Virus genome (UHGV): UHGV-0117054
Length of the DNA: 18,256 nt
Origin: a virus
Direction: 5' to 3' (one strand)
This document shows positions 8,461-17,058 of the stretch, one piece after another; within the stretch, counting starts at the first letter, position 1, and each line of letters begins with the position of its first letter. The notes beneath the pieces were generated by a model. It was not told where the DNA came from. It searched no databases and saw only the letters and a program-made list of their open reading frames with translations. The position numbers and the translations under genes were made by a program.

Positions 8461-8470
8461 TGAGGCGCCC

Positions 8471-8851
8471 ATGTTCAATCCCGATAAATACCGTTCTGTC
8501 GAGTGGCAGAAGGGCGGACGCGCTTACCCCGCGCTGGACTGCTTTGGCATCGTCAATGAAATCAGGCGTGACCTTGGCCTGGCTCCGTGGCCTGATTTTG
8601 CCGGGGTTACGAAGGATGATAACGGCCTCGACCGGGAGGCGCGCGGACTGATGGCTGGCCTGACGCGATGTGAGCCTGCCCCGGGCGCGGGTATCGCCTG
8701 TTATTCAGGCTCTGTGGTGACGCACGTTGCCATCGTTGTTGAGATTGATGGCCAGCTTCGCGCCGCGGAGTGCAATCCCCGCACTAACGTAACCTTCCTG
8801 CCGCTGGCGCGGTTTGCGCGCCGCTTTGTTCGCGTGGAGTATTACCAGTGA
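8471..8851 (+). CDS. NlpC/P60-family tail-associated peptidase (lambda gpK C-terminal-domain-like)
   Basis: 126 aa. ALDCFGIV supplies a candidate catalytic Cys and VTHVAIVV a candidate His, spaced as in NlpC/P60 papain-like folds. It sits immediately upstream of the J-like gene with a GTGA stop/start overlap. Confidence 0.65.
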   Translation: MFNPDKYRSVEWQKGGRAYPALDCFGIVNEIRRDLGLAPWPDFAGVTKDDNGLDREARGLMAGLTRCEPAPGAGIACYSGSVVTHVAIVVEIDGQLRAAECNPRTNVTFLPLARFARRFVRVEYYQ

Positions 8852-11800
8852 CGATCCGAATCTATCCCTCACGCCTGCCCGGCGAGCCGCTGGAAAAGCA
8901 CGAACACGAAACGATGACCCTCAGCGCCTGGTTTGCGCGGAACGTGAAGGACTGGGCACCGGATCAGCAGCATCCGGTTGCGGTTGAAATCGACTGTGTC
9001 CCCGTCCCGGCGTCAGAGTGGCCACTGTGCGTTATCAAACGCGAAACCGACGTCAGGATGTATCCGGTGCCGTACGGTACCGGCGCAGAAATCGCGATCT
9101 GGGTTGCCGTCAGCGTAGCCGTTGCCTCTGCTGCGTACAGCATCTACATGATGAGCACAATGTCTCAGGCTGGCGGCGGCGGTGCCCAGGCGGCCAGCGG
9201 CGACCAGATTGACCTCAACCCGGCAAAAGCGAACGCGGCGAAGCTGGGAGACCCCATCCGTGAAATCTTTGGAAAATATCGCGTCTGGCCTGATTACGTC
9301 GTGCAGCCGGTAAGCCGGTTCGTGAACGAGACCAGCATGGAAACCAGCATGTTCCTGTGCGTGGGTGTCGGCGACATGGTGATTAACCAGTCAGATATCC
9401 GGATCGGTAATACGCCGATCTCCGCGTTTGGTACCGACGTGCGTTACACCCTCTACCCGCCTGGCGCCACGGTATCCGGCGATACGCGCACTGAAAACTG
9501 GTTCAATTCACCAGAGGTCGGGAATACCGGTTCCGGTACTGCCGGGCTGGACCTTGGCTCAAGCGGACCGGAGACGGTCAGCATTATCGCTGATGCGCTG
9601 GTCGTGTCAGGGAACTCCATCACGCTGGTTGACGTATCGTCGTCTGGCGATGAGGAGATCCCGCCGTCGTGGACCGTCGGAACGGTGATCACCGTACTGG
9701 CCCCAAATTCGTATACGGTCGTGTCGTCCGGCGGTTACAGCATGATTTATGGCGGGATAGAGGAACTTGCACCTTATGTAGGCATGCCGGTGACGCTGAA
9801 CTATAACGGCAATGACTACGATCTGGTGATTGCCAGCTATGCCCCGGGCGTTCCGGCAGTGCCGGGGGTGGGTGGGAGTGCCGCAACCATAACTGCCAGC
9901 GCCGCGCCGACCACCTACGACTTTAGCACCGCGCCTGTGACGTTCAGCATCAGCTGGCAGGGCACGACTTACCCGGTATCACTGGTCACCAACTACGTCA
10001 CCATGTCAGGCCTGGTTTCCTCGATCACCTCCCAGCTCGCAGGCTCTGGCCTGGTAGCGCGCGATAACAGTGGGCGGCTTGAAATCGGCGAGGCCAGTAG
10101 CCCATATGCTGGCGGGTCCATCACCAACAGCCCGTTACCCGTTGCTGTTTTCGGTGATGCTCCGGTTAATACGGCAGGCGTGAAATCAACGGGCGGCACG
10201 ACGGAGGTCAGGGCGCACATTACCCTGGCTTACAACAGCGCCACCGGTACGCCATTCACAGGGCTGCCAGAGGGAATTCAGCGCTTTTCTCTGGGGCTTG
10301 CCGGCAATCAGTTCCGGATCACCGATGTGGACAGCCAGACCATCACCGTAGAGCGGTTGACTGTCACCACAGGTCCTGGCGGCGAGACGATCACGACGCC
10401 GGATCCATCGTGGCCTGGCTTCACCGAGCGTACGCTGCTGGATGCGACCGTGACGGGTGTCAGTGACGATTACGAATGGGTTGGCCCGTTCCTGGCCTGC
10501 CCGGACGGCGAAACGCTGGACGCATTCGAGGTGAACATCAACTTCCAGAGCGGCCTGGTGCGTTATACCGATAAAGGTAACAAGCGCTCAATGCCCGTTC
10601 GCCTGGTGATCCAGTATCGCAAAGTTGGAACCACCGCCTGGCAGCAGCAGTCCCCGTTCTATTCCCGCAGTACTGAAAACCAGATCGGCTTTACACATCG
10701 CTACAGCGTGTCGCCTGGTCAGTATGAGATCCGGATGCGCAGAACCGAACCGGTTAAGGGCGGCAGCACGCGTGACCAGGTTTTCTGGCAGGCGCTGCGC
10801 TCCCGGCTGAGCAAGCGACCCACTAAGTACGACGGTGTCACTACCATGGCGCTGACCGTGCGCACTGGTAACCGCCTGGCAGCCATGTCCGATCGCCGTA
10901 TAAGCGTCACGCCAACCCGGCTTTACAGCGGCGGCAGAACTGCACGGAGCATCAGCGGCGCGCTTTACCATGTACTCGAGTCGCTTGGGTTCACGACCAG
11001 CCAGATTGACACAGCGGCGATTGATGCTCTGGAGCAAACATACTGGACGCCCCGCGGTGAGAAATTCGACTGGGCGAGCGGCGAGAGCAAGTCCGCACTC
11101 GAGGTGCTGCAGAAAATCACTAACGCAGGGATGGGGTATTTCCTGCTGTCTGATGGACTGGCGTCTGCCGGCAGGGAAGGCATTAAACCCTGGGTAGGCA
11201 TGATTACCCCGCAGGAAACCACCGAGGAGCTGCAGACTGCCTTTAAAGCCCCATCGCAGGACGATTACGACGGTGTGGACGTGACCTATATCAACGGCAC
11301 CACCTGGGCAGAAGAAACCGTGCAGTGTCGCCTGTCTGGCAACCCAACGCCGTTGAAAATCGAGAGCTACACGCTGGATGGTGTTCTGAATGAAGACCGC
11401 GCCTACCGCATCGGCATGCGCCGGTTGCTGGGCTACCAGTTGCAGCGCCTGCAGCACACCACCTCGACCGAGATGGATGCGCTCTGTTATGAGTTCATGG
11501 ATCGTATTGTGCTGGCAGATGATATCCCCGGCAGCGAGACGCTGAGTTGCCTGATTACCGATATGACGTATGACAGCAGCAAAATCACCATGACGCTTAG
11601 TGAGGCCCCGGACTGGTCGTTCCAAAGCCCGCGCGTGATTATCCGCCATCAGGATGGCAGGGCATCAGCCATGCTGGTACCGACACGCATTGACGACTTC
11701 ACCATCTCGGTGCCGTACAGCGCCGTGTTGGAGCCGGAATTGTGGGCTATGAACGACGCGTACATTGAACCACCGCGCCTGCTGTTCTGCTCATCTGTTC

Positions 11801-11931
11801 GGGTGCCGTATGACGCTCTGGTCGGCGAAATATCACCGGGTAACGATGGGATAAGCCAGGTTACGGCTATTCAGTATCACCCAGGAAAGTACGCCTACGA
11901 CGACGCCACATACCCCGGCGACGCCGCTTAA
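8848..11931 (+). CDS. Host specificity / central tail fiber protein (lambda gpJ-like) with an N-terminal gpI-like region
   Basis: 1027 aa with GTG start. The central region (…SPGQYEIRMRRTEPVKGGSTRDQVFWQALRSRL…) resembles the NIRMRRMTP block of lambda J as I recall it. The first ~170 aa have a small domain, then a hydrophobic helix (AEIAIWVAVSVAVASAAYSIYMM) and a Gly-rich linker, like lambda gpI. Confidence 0.85.
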   Translation: MTIRIYPSRLPGEPLEKHEHETMTLSAWFARNVKDWAPDQQHPVAVEIDCVPVPASEWPLCVIKRETDVRMYPVPYGTGAEIAIWVAVSVAVASAAYSIYMMSTMSQAGGGGAQAASGDQIDLNPAKANAAKLGDPIREIFGKYRVWPDYVVQPVSRFVNETSMETSMFLCVGVGDMVINQSDIRIGNTPISAFGTDVRYTLYPPGATVSGDTRTENWFNSPEVGNTGSGTAGLDLGSSGPETVSIIADALVVSGNSITLVDVSSSGDEEIPPSWTVGTVITVLAPNSYTVVSSGGYSMIYGGIEELAPYVGMPVTLNYNGNDYDLVIASYAPGVPAVPGVGGSAATITASAAPTTYDFSTAPVTFSISWQGTTYPVSLVTNYVTMSGLVSSITSQLAGSGLVARDNSGRLEIGEASSPYAGGSITNSPLPVAVFGDAPVNTAGVKSTGGTTEVRAHITLAYNSATGTPFTGLPEGIQRFSLGLAGNQFRITDVDSQTITVERLTVTTGPGGETITTPDPSWPGFTERTLLDATVTGVSDDYEWVGPFLACPDGETLDAFEVNINFQSGLVRYTDKGNKRSMPVRLVIQYRKVGTTAWQQQSPFYSRSTENQIGFTHRYSVSPGQYEIRMRRTEPVKGGSTRDQVFWQALRSRLSKRPTKYDGVTTMALTVRTGNRLAAMSDRRISVTPTRLYSGGRTARSISGALYHVLESLGFTTSQIDTAAIDALEQTYWTPRGEKFDWASGESKSALEVLQKITNAGMGYFLLSDGLASAGREGIKPWVGMITPQETTEELQTAFKAPSQDDYDGVDVTYINGTTWAEETVQCRLSGNPTPLKIESYTLDGVLNEDRAYRIGMRRLLGYQLQRLQHTTSTEMDALCYEFMDRIVLADDIPGSETLSCLITDMTYDSSKITMTLSEAPDWSFQSPRVIIRHQDGRASAMLVPTRIDDFTISVPYSAVLEPELWAMNDAYIEPPRLLFCSSVRVPYDALVGEISPGNDGISQVTAIQYHPGKYAYDDATYPGDAA

Positions 11932-11950
11932 CCCAAATCAAAATTATCTG

Positions 11951-11973
11951 ACCCGCTTCGGCGGGTTTTTTTA
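11951..11973 (+). terminator. Intrinsic terminator between J-like gene and tailspike gene
   Basis: acccgc-ttcg-gcgggt hairpin followed by tttttttat. The tailspike SD (ggag) follows directly. Confidence 0.55.
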
Positions 11974-11987
11974 TGCCCGGAGCTAGC

Positions 11988-14432
11988 ATGACCACATATG
12001 CCACGAATAACCCGATAGGGTCCATGGATCCGAAGGACCTTTTCGATAACGCCCAGAATCTGGACTTTGCGGTAAACGATATTACCAAAGCCATCTGGAA
12101 GGACCGTTTTGGGAGGGACAGAAAAACATACTGGGGCATGGAGCAGGCCTTTTCAGCTCAACTTCTAAGCCAGAAGCAGATTGGAGAAGCGCAACTTCAG
12201 AACCAAAAGGAAGAGCTGGATGCGCAGTTACTGTCGCAAGAGCAGCGGTTCAGTTATTTCATTATGAACTCTGGCTACAAATTTGTTGGAGAATACACAG
12301 ATGGGCCTCTAACCGTTACTGACTATAACCAGTTGATTCGCTATCAGAATGAGCTTTATAAGTTAAAGGCCGACACAGCGGTTCCATTTACGACAACCGG
12401 CAAGAATGCCACCTCATGGGTCAATGATTTCGCTCATTTTATCAACGTTGCCGATGCGGCATTAAGGCAGCAAATTGGGGATCCTTACGGGGCTGAAAAA
12501 TACCCAGAACTTCAATTGGCACGTTGGCGTGATGAGGGGGACGTTCGTGGCTGGGGAGCCATTGGTGATGGGTTGAATGATGACACTGATGCCATTTTAT
12601 TATGCTTTGCTGATGCTAAATTACGAGGAGGCCGGACAAAAATCAAGTTCCAGCATGGAACCTACCTTGTTCGAGGAACAAGCCTAATAATCGACTTTCC
12701 AAACGTCTTATTAGAGGGAAATTGGGCAAAACTTAGATTGGTCGACAGTCCGACAGTAATTCAGGGGCCAGTTCTAAAGGTTGCGCAATATGGCAACACG
12801 TCTGTTCGAGGCACGGTAGAAAATGTAACCATCAAAAACCTTGAAATTGATGGCAACAAGCTGAACCAGGTCCAAACCATGAACACGGGAGGGGATGCGA
12901 ACAATCCAGGCTTTGTATCAGAAGACGTGGTGAATCTGCATGTAGAAAATGTTATCTCCCGTAACTGTGACGGATACGGATTTCTCTTCGCTGGCTCTAA
13001 TCTTCCACACCGTAAAGGCGCTTACTTCAAAAACTGCTGGGCACACGGCAACAACGTCGACGGTTTTGACATCAAGGCTGGTTTCAATCATGTCACCCTA
13101 GATAGCTGTCGTTCATGGGATAATGGCTATGCGCCGATGGTTGAACTTCGCTCCGGCATGGGTATCGACATTCGCGGCAAGAACGTCACTCTCCTGAACT
13201 GTGTGGCAGGTGACGAAGGTAGTAATTACGCAGGTAACTTCCGTATCCGTGAAAATGCTCAGGCTGGCATCTCGCTGTTTGGTTGCCACAGCCACAATAG
13301 CCCGGATGGTACTTATGGTTTTATGTGCATTGGTGGTGGTAATACAAATATTTCCTTAGTTAGCTGCACATCCACCAACGATGGCACGTCACTGAAGCAT
13401 GAGCGTGGACATGTCACAGCAGTGGGATTCCGGTCATGGAAACCTCGGCTATTAAGTGTGCTGCAATACCCTTCTCAATTTGTGTTGAGCACACTGACGG
13501 CAGCAGCCACGTTTACTGCCTTTGGTGTATCAGTAACCATTCTCCCGAGCGATTATCTTAGTGCAACCGTGGGGTCTGAAATCAAGATCCCTACTAACAC
13601 CGGTACGATTTACCTACTGGTGAACGAGGCAGTTTCATCGACGCTGGTGTGCACGGTGCTGCGCGGAAATCTGGGGACGGCTGCGGTGGGCGCAAGCATC
13701 ACCACGGTATCGACAGGCAGCCTGACCATAGATGGCGGTATTTCTTATCAGTCTGCCAGCGACGCCATGCAGTTTGCCTCTACGTTACAGACTCTGACGG
13801 ACAGCTCGATGCCAGTAACCATAAATGGCTTTATCATAGAGGCACCAATCCGCTACGGGGTGAACTTCCAGGGTGGTGATGTGAGTTTCTTTGGCGGCGC
13901 AATTCGTAACTGTGGCAAAGGGTCATCCTCCCCTGGATTTTTCGTCGGCAATGCGGCTACTGCTGAATCAACATTCCGGTTGGACAGCGTATTCATGGGG
14001 AATGATGACAAATCATTCACGCAGTCAGCCGGCCTTCAGTTCCAGTCAACAAGCCTGGCGAAAGGGAGCGTTAGAGCGTGTAAATTCGCCGATAATGCCA
14101 ACTCGCCAGTCATTGGCTCGCCATCTTCTGGTGTGCGGTTTGCAGACAATATCGGCTACACCAACGAGGGTACATTCTCTACAACAATTGATGTGACAAC
14201 TGTTGGGGTGAAAACATTCTCAATTCCGCATGGGCTAAGCAAAGCACCTTCTGGTAAAGATGTGCAACTGACCATCCAGCGGTCTGGGGCGGCGAATGAC
14301 TACGTTCTCTCCACTCCGATGATTACCGGAGCAAGCTCTACAATTATTTCTGGAAGGGTGTCCGTACTCACGGCTAGCGCAACCACAGGTGAAGCCGCAA
14401 CAGTAAACGCATTCATCAGCGCCAACCCATAG
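11988..14432 (+). CDS. Tailspike / receptor-binding protein with pectate-lyase-like parallel beta-helix (putative polysaccharide depolymerase); start ATG 11988 preferred over 11973
   Basis: GDVRGWGAIGDGLNDDTDAI matches the GAxGDGxTDDTxAI signature that opens the beta-helix in phage depolymerases. Asn/Gly-rich beta-helix rungs follow (NCDGYGFLFAGSN, NCWAHGNNVDGFDIKAGFN, GKNVTLLNCVAGDEGSNYAGNF, CTSTNDGT). ggag lies 6 nt upstream of ATG 11988. GC is intermediate. Confidence 0.8.
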   Translation: MTTYATNNPIGSMDPKDLFDNAQNLDFAVNDITKAIWKDRFGRDRKTYWGMEQAFSAQLLSQKQIGEAQLQNQKEELDAQLLSQEQRFSYFIMNSGYKFVGEYTDGPLTVTDYNQLIRYQNELYKLKADTAVPFTTTGKNATSWVNDFAHFINVADAALRQQIGDPYGAEKYPELQLARWRDEGDVRGWGAIGDGLNDDTDAILLCFADAKLRGGRTKIKFQHGTYLVRGTSLIIDFPNVLLEGNWAKLRLVDSPTVIQGPVLKVAQYGNTSVRGTVENVTIKNLEIDGNKLNQVQTMNTGGDANNPGFVSEDVVNLHVENVISRNCDGYGFLFAGSNLPHRKGAYFKNCWAHGNNVDGFDIKAGFNHVTLDSCRSWDNGYAPMVELRSGMGIDIRGKNVTLLNCVAGDEGSNYAGNFRIRENAQAGISLFGCHSHNSPDGTYGFMCIGGGNTNISLVSCTSTNDGTSLKHERGHVTAVGFRSWKPRLLSVLQYPSQFVLSTLTAAATFTAFGVSVTILPSDYLSATVGSEIKIPTNTGTIYLLVNEAVSSTLVCTVLRGNLGTAAVGASITTVSTGSLTIDGGISYQSASDAMQFASTLQTLTDSSMPVTINGFIIEAPIRYGVNFQGGDVSFFGGAIRNCGKGSSSPGFFVGNAATAESTFRLDSVFMGNDDKSFTQSAGLQFQSTSLAKGSVRACKFADNANSPVIGSPSSGVRFADNIGYTNEGTFSTTIDVTTVGVKTFSIPHGLSKAPSGKDVQLTIQRSGAANDYVLSTPMITGASSTIISGRVSVLTASATTGEAATVNAFISANP

Positions 14433-14539
14433 GGCTCAGGAGGAAGTGGAACGAGATCGAACCAGCGCAGGAAAAGCTGGTAGCTGATTCATATGTTGTG
14501 GGTGAAAAATACGGAATCAGATGCAAGGAGGCTTTAGTG

Positions 14540-14632
14540 ATGGAGGCTACTCTTCATCGCCGTAATCATCAAAGGTTACTGTCGCAGTTTGAGGCTCTGG
14601 CTGAACGAGTGGGAAATCTAGAAGCAAAGTAG
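14540..14632 (+). CDS. Possible 30-aa small ORF with strong RBS (may be a remnant)
   Basis: aaggagg sits 8 nt upstream of the ATG. Translation MEATLHRRNHQRLLSQFEALAERVGNLEAK. No other support. Confidence 0.2.
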   Translation: MEATLHRRNHQRLLSQFEALAERVGNLEAK

Positions 14633-14796
14633 CTTTCTGATGCACTAATCGTCAATCCTACCCAAACAGAGAGGGTGCTTTCGCTACGTCATATTCGCAT
14701 CTTTTGGTGGCGCAAGAGCACCCTCAATCCTGCATTTGTAAAATTCACTACTGATATCAAAATTAGTGGTTAGACCCCAAAACCACACACAAATCA

Positions 14797-14825
14797 TTGA
14801 CCCGTCCCAGCAAGTATTGCACAAT
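14797..14825 (+). promoter_or_regulatory. Candidate sigma70 promoter for the AsnB-like cargo gene
   Basis: TTGACC, a 17-nt spacer, then CACAAT, about 70 nt upstream of the ATG at 14898, in an AT-rich intergenic region. Confidence 0.3.
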
Positions 14826-14897
14826 CTTGGTTGTTTACTCTGTTAACCAAATAGTTATCAACTTTAAATATTGCCAATTATCTTGCGCGGGAATTAA

Positions 14898-16727
14898 ATG
14901 ATAAACTTTATTGTTTTAAATGGAAAAAGCGAGTCTGTTAAGAAATTATACGAGACAGCGCAGCAGGCCCTAAAAAGGAACTTAACATTTAAGCCAGTAG
15001 AGGTGGCTAATAAAATATCTGGTAGCGGAGCTTGGGCATATACAGCATGTGGCAATGCGGAAGGCGAAATATCAAAAAGAATAACATCTAAGCAAAGCGG
15101 CGTATGCCTGATAAATGGCCCTGTTTTAAGGATGTGTGATAGCTATGATGTCTCAGATGCCGCACTTGATGCCTCCACCAAAAACGATGCGGAATACATG
15201 TTTGACAATATTTCCGGGTCTTACAACTTCGTTTCAATAACCTCTAAGAATGGCCTCCTTGCTTTCGGCGATTTCTCAGGCACCTGTCCTATTTATTACA
15301 CAATAATTGATGGCGTAACTTGCGTAAGTAACCGGGCATCTGCATTGCATGAACTGCGCGGGAATAGTAAATATAATATTTCTTCTTTGAGCTGGTTAAT
15401 TGGGCATGCCAATATATTTGGCAATGAGTCACCTTTTGAATGCGTGTATTCAATTACAGCTGGTAGCTATTTAAAGTCACCACTTGGTTCAACAACAGTA
15501 AACATCAATAAATTTAAGAATCAGATATGGCCTTCAAATGACGATGCTCAGTATCTGAACGACCTCTCAGGTGATGATTGGGATTTGATAGTAGATGAGT
15601 TGGTGAAAAACTTTAAGGCTGCAAGTGAAAACATTCCCGGCGAACTCCGTTTATCACTCACCGGTGGTAAGGACTCTCGCCTTGTCCTTGCGCTGGCATT
15701 GGGTGCAGGATTCAAAGACAGGATCACCACATTTACGAACGGCCCGGAAGGCAGCCCAGAGATAAGCTGTGCACAGAACATCGCCAACAAAATCGGCGTT
15801 AAGCACGTCGCTAACGTTAAGGCTCCACAAGTTAAAGCTCAGGATTTTGCTAATTCATGGGAAAAACTTAACTGGCATTCCTACAGAATGGAAAGTTATA
15901 TTTGCCCATGGGATGGAGCAACAGCTGAACGCACCATCAAAAATATAACGTCCGATATGACTGGCTTTGGCGGCGAGCTATATCGCGGACCCGGCGGACA
16001 CGCCAAGCAGTTTAAAAACCTGTCCTTTATGGACAATAAAGATGCAATTCTTTCTAAGTTCATAAACTACCATCAGAAGATGGATCCATTAAACATTCTC
16101 TCCAGTTTGTATAAAAACGCTCAAATAGGTTGGTTCTACGGCTGGCTTGAGGAGAATATTAAATCTGTAAGGTTTGATGTTTTACCTGAGAAGTTCTTCG
16201 TAGAAAACCGTCTTTCCAATTGGAACGGCCCTCTTGCTCAGAACGTCACAGGCAGAATTAAACTGATGCCACTTCTCTCTCCTAAAGTTGCGCGTTTGGT
16301 ATTCAAGCTCAGCCCGGAGGCCAGGAACAAAGAATTGTTCCACTACAGCGTCATGGCAAAGCTGGCTCCTGAATTAGTTTCTCTGCCATTTTTGAATGCG
16401 ACATGGGATAAATCATTGCAGGGTAGATTTGGCCTTGATATCGCAGATGCTCCTTATGATAGCGGGGTTAAATTCACGCCAAGGTCTGTGCAAGCATGGC
16501 AGGCTCAATTTGTCGAAGGTCAGCGAGAAGAAATCGTGCACTTGCTTGAAAGAGCCGCCGAATATACAAACATCAGAGAGATATTTGACGTCGATAAATT
16601 ATGCGAGTACGTCCGGGAAAAGGAAGGGATGAACACCATAGAAATCAAAACTATCCTCTCCTCAATTGCTGTTGCCATTACCTTGCTGAATGATCAGGAA
16701 AGCGTAGAGGACCTTGGCCAGGTGTAA
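14898..16727 (+). CDS. Asparagine synthetase (AsnB) family amidoligase-like protein; N-terminal domain lacks the Cys nucleophile
   Basis: 609 aa. PP-loop SLTGGKDS at residues ~254-260 (AsnB has SGGLDS near 234-239). TGFGGELYRG matches the AsnB GEGxDExFGGY block and GRIKLMPLLSP the E-x-R-x-PFLD block. FGDFSGTCPIYY matches the RDxxGxKPLYY motif of the N-terminal domain. It starts MINF…, not MC…. GC is about 38-40%. Confidence 0.75.
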   Translation: MINFIVLNGKSESVKKLYETAQQALKRNLTFKPVEVANKISGSGAWAYTACGNAEGEISKRITSKQSGVCLINGPVLRMCDSYDVSDAALDASTKNDAEYMFDNISGSYNFVSITSKNGLLAFGDFSGTCPIYYTIIDGVTCVSNRASALHELRGNSKYNISSLSWLIGHANIFGNESPFECVYSITAGSYLKSPLGSTTVNINKFKNQIWPSNDDAQYLNDLSGDDWDLIVDELVKNFKAASENIPGELRLSLTGGKDSRLVLALALGAGFKDRITTFTNGPEGSPEISCAQNIANKIGVKHVANVKAPQVKAQDFANSWEKLNWHSYRMESYICPWDGATAERTIKNITSDMTGFGGELYRGPGGHAKQFKNLSFMDNKDAILSKFINYHQKMDPLNILSSLYKNAQIGWFYGWLEENIKSVRFDVLPEKFFVENRLSNWNGPLAQNVTGRIKLMPLLSPKVARLVFKLSPEARNKELFHYSVMAKLAPELVSLPFLNATWDKSLQGRFGLDIADAPYDSGVKFTPRSVQAWQAQFVEGQREEIVHLLERAAEYTNIREIFDVDKLCEYVREKEGMNTIEIKTILSSIAVAITLLNDQESVEDLGQV

Positions 16728-16761
16728 CGCCAGCCGGGATTATTGATAGGTATCGCCTCAT

Positions 16762-16819
16762 TGATCTGCACCTCCTTTAAAACTACTGTATATAAAAACA
16801 GTAAAAGGAGTGCAGATCA
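16762..16819. repeat. Inverted repeat bracketing the SOS box and the start of the downstream ORF
   Basis: tgatctgcac at 16762-16771 and its reverse complement gtgcagatca at 16810-16819, extended by tcc/gga with a one-base bulge. The arms flank the LexA box, and the right arm overlaps the GTG at 16810. Confidence 0.4.
16784..16803. promoter_or_regulatory. LexA operator (SOS box) in an AT-rich promoter region
   Basis: TACTGTATATAAAAACAGTA is a perfect CTGT-N8-ACAG palindrome with an AT-only spacer. From memory it matches the strong E. coli umuDC operator. It lies directly upstream of the 16810 and 17058 ORFs. Confidence 0.7.
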
Positions 16820-17058
16820 TACCCCGCCAATCAGACATTCACAGCGCATTTGTCGCTGCAGTACAGCAAAACCCAAAGGGTTATCAGTGCCTTCATACGA
16901 ACGACTTCATCCGTGAGTTGCGCGCGAGAAACTGGCATTTCAGCCAGGTCGACGCCAACGAGTGGATCCAGCGCTATCAAGAGTTCTTTGTCGACAAGAC
17001 GCCTGACCACAGTGAAAACCGTCTCTGGATGCTACGTAACATGGGGAGGGTTCTGTAA
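16810..17058 (+). CDS. Hypothetical 82-aa protein, first ORF downstream of the SOS box (start uncertain)
   Basis: GTG start with the SD too close (aaaaggag immediately before it). Its stop overlaps the ATG of the UmuD'-like gene (TAATG). No recognisable motifs. Confidence 0.3.
   Translation: MQIIPRQSDIHSAFVAAVQQNPKGYQCLHTNDFIRELRARNWHFSQVDANEWIQRYQEFFVDKTPDHSENRLWMLRNMGRVL

Noticed and set aside
8361-8651. 96-aa + strand ORF (TTG start) spanning the terminator and the start of the NlpC/P60 gene
   Set aside because: It reads through the intrinsic terminator hairpin and overlaps the NlpC/P60 gene and small ORF in other frames. The Arg/Pro-rich translation looks non-protein-like.
10588-11649. 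353-aa ORF on the minus strand inside the J-like gene
   Set aside because: It is entirely antisense to a well-supported 1027-aa tail gene in GC-rich sequence. The Arg/Ala/Gly-rich translation is typical of spurious antisense frames, and it has no RBS or start context.
14433-14500. tRNA gene or tRNA 3' fragment as att core near the cargo region or integrase
   Set aside because: The gatcgaacc segment resembles a T-loop on the reverse strand, but the flanks cannot form T- or acceptor stems. No cloverleaf-compatible sequence was found in the window.
14898-16727. Lasso-peptide cyclase or Gat-QueC-type DNA-modification enzyme as identity of the AsnB-like gene
   Set aside because: No B-type protease or plausible precursor peptide is adjacent, which argues against a lasso cluster. 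The motifs match Asn_synthase blocks rather than QueC, and no DpdA/TGT partner is in the window. Kept only as a generic AsnB-family amidoligase.
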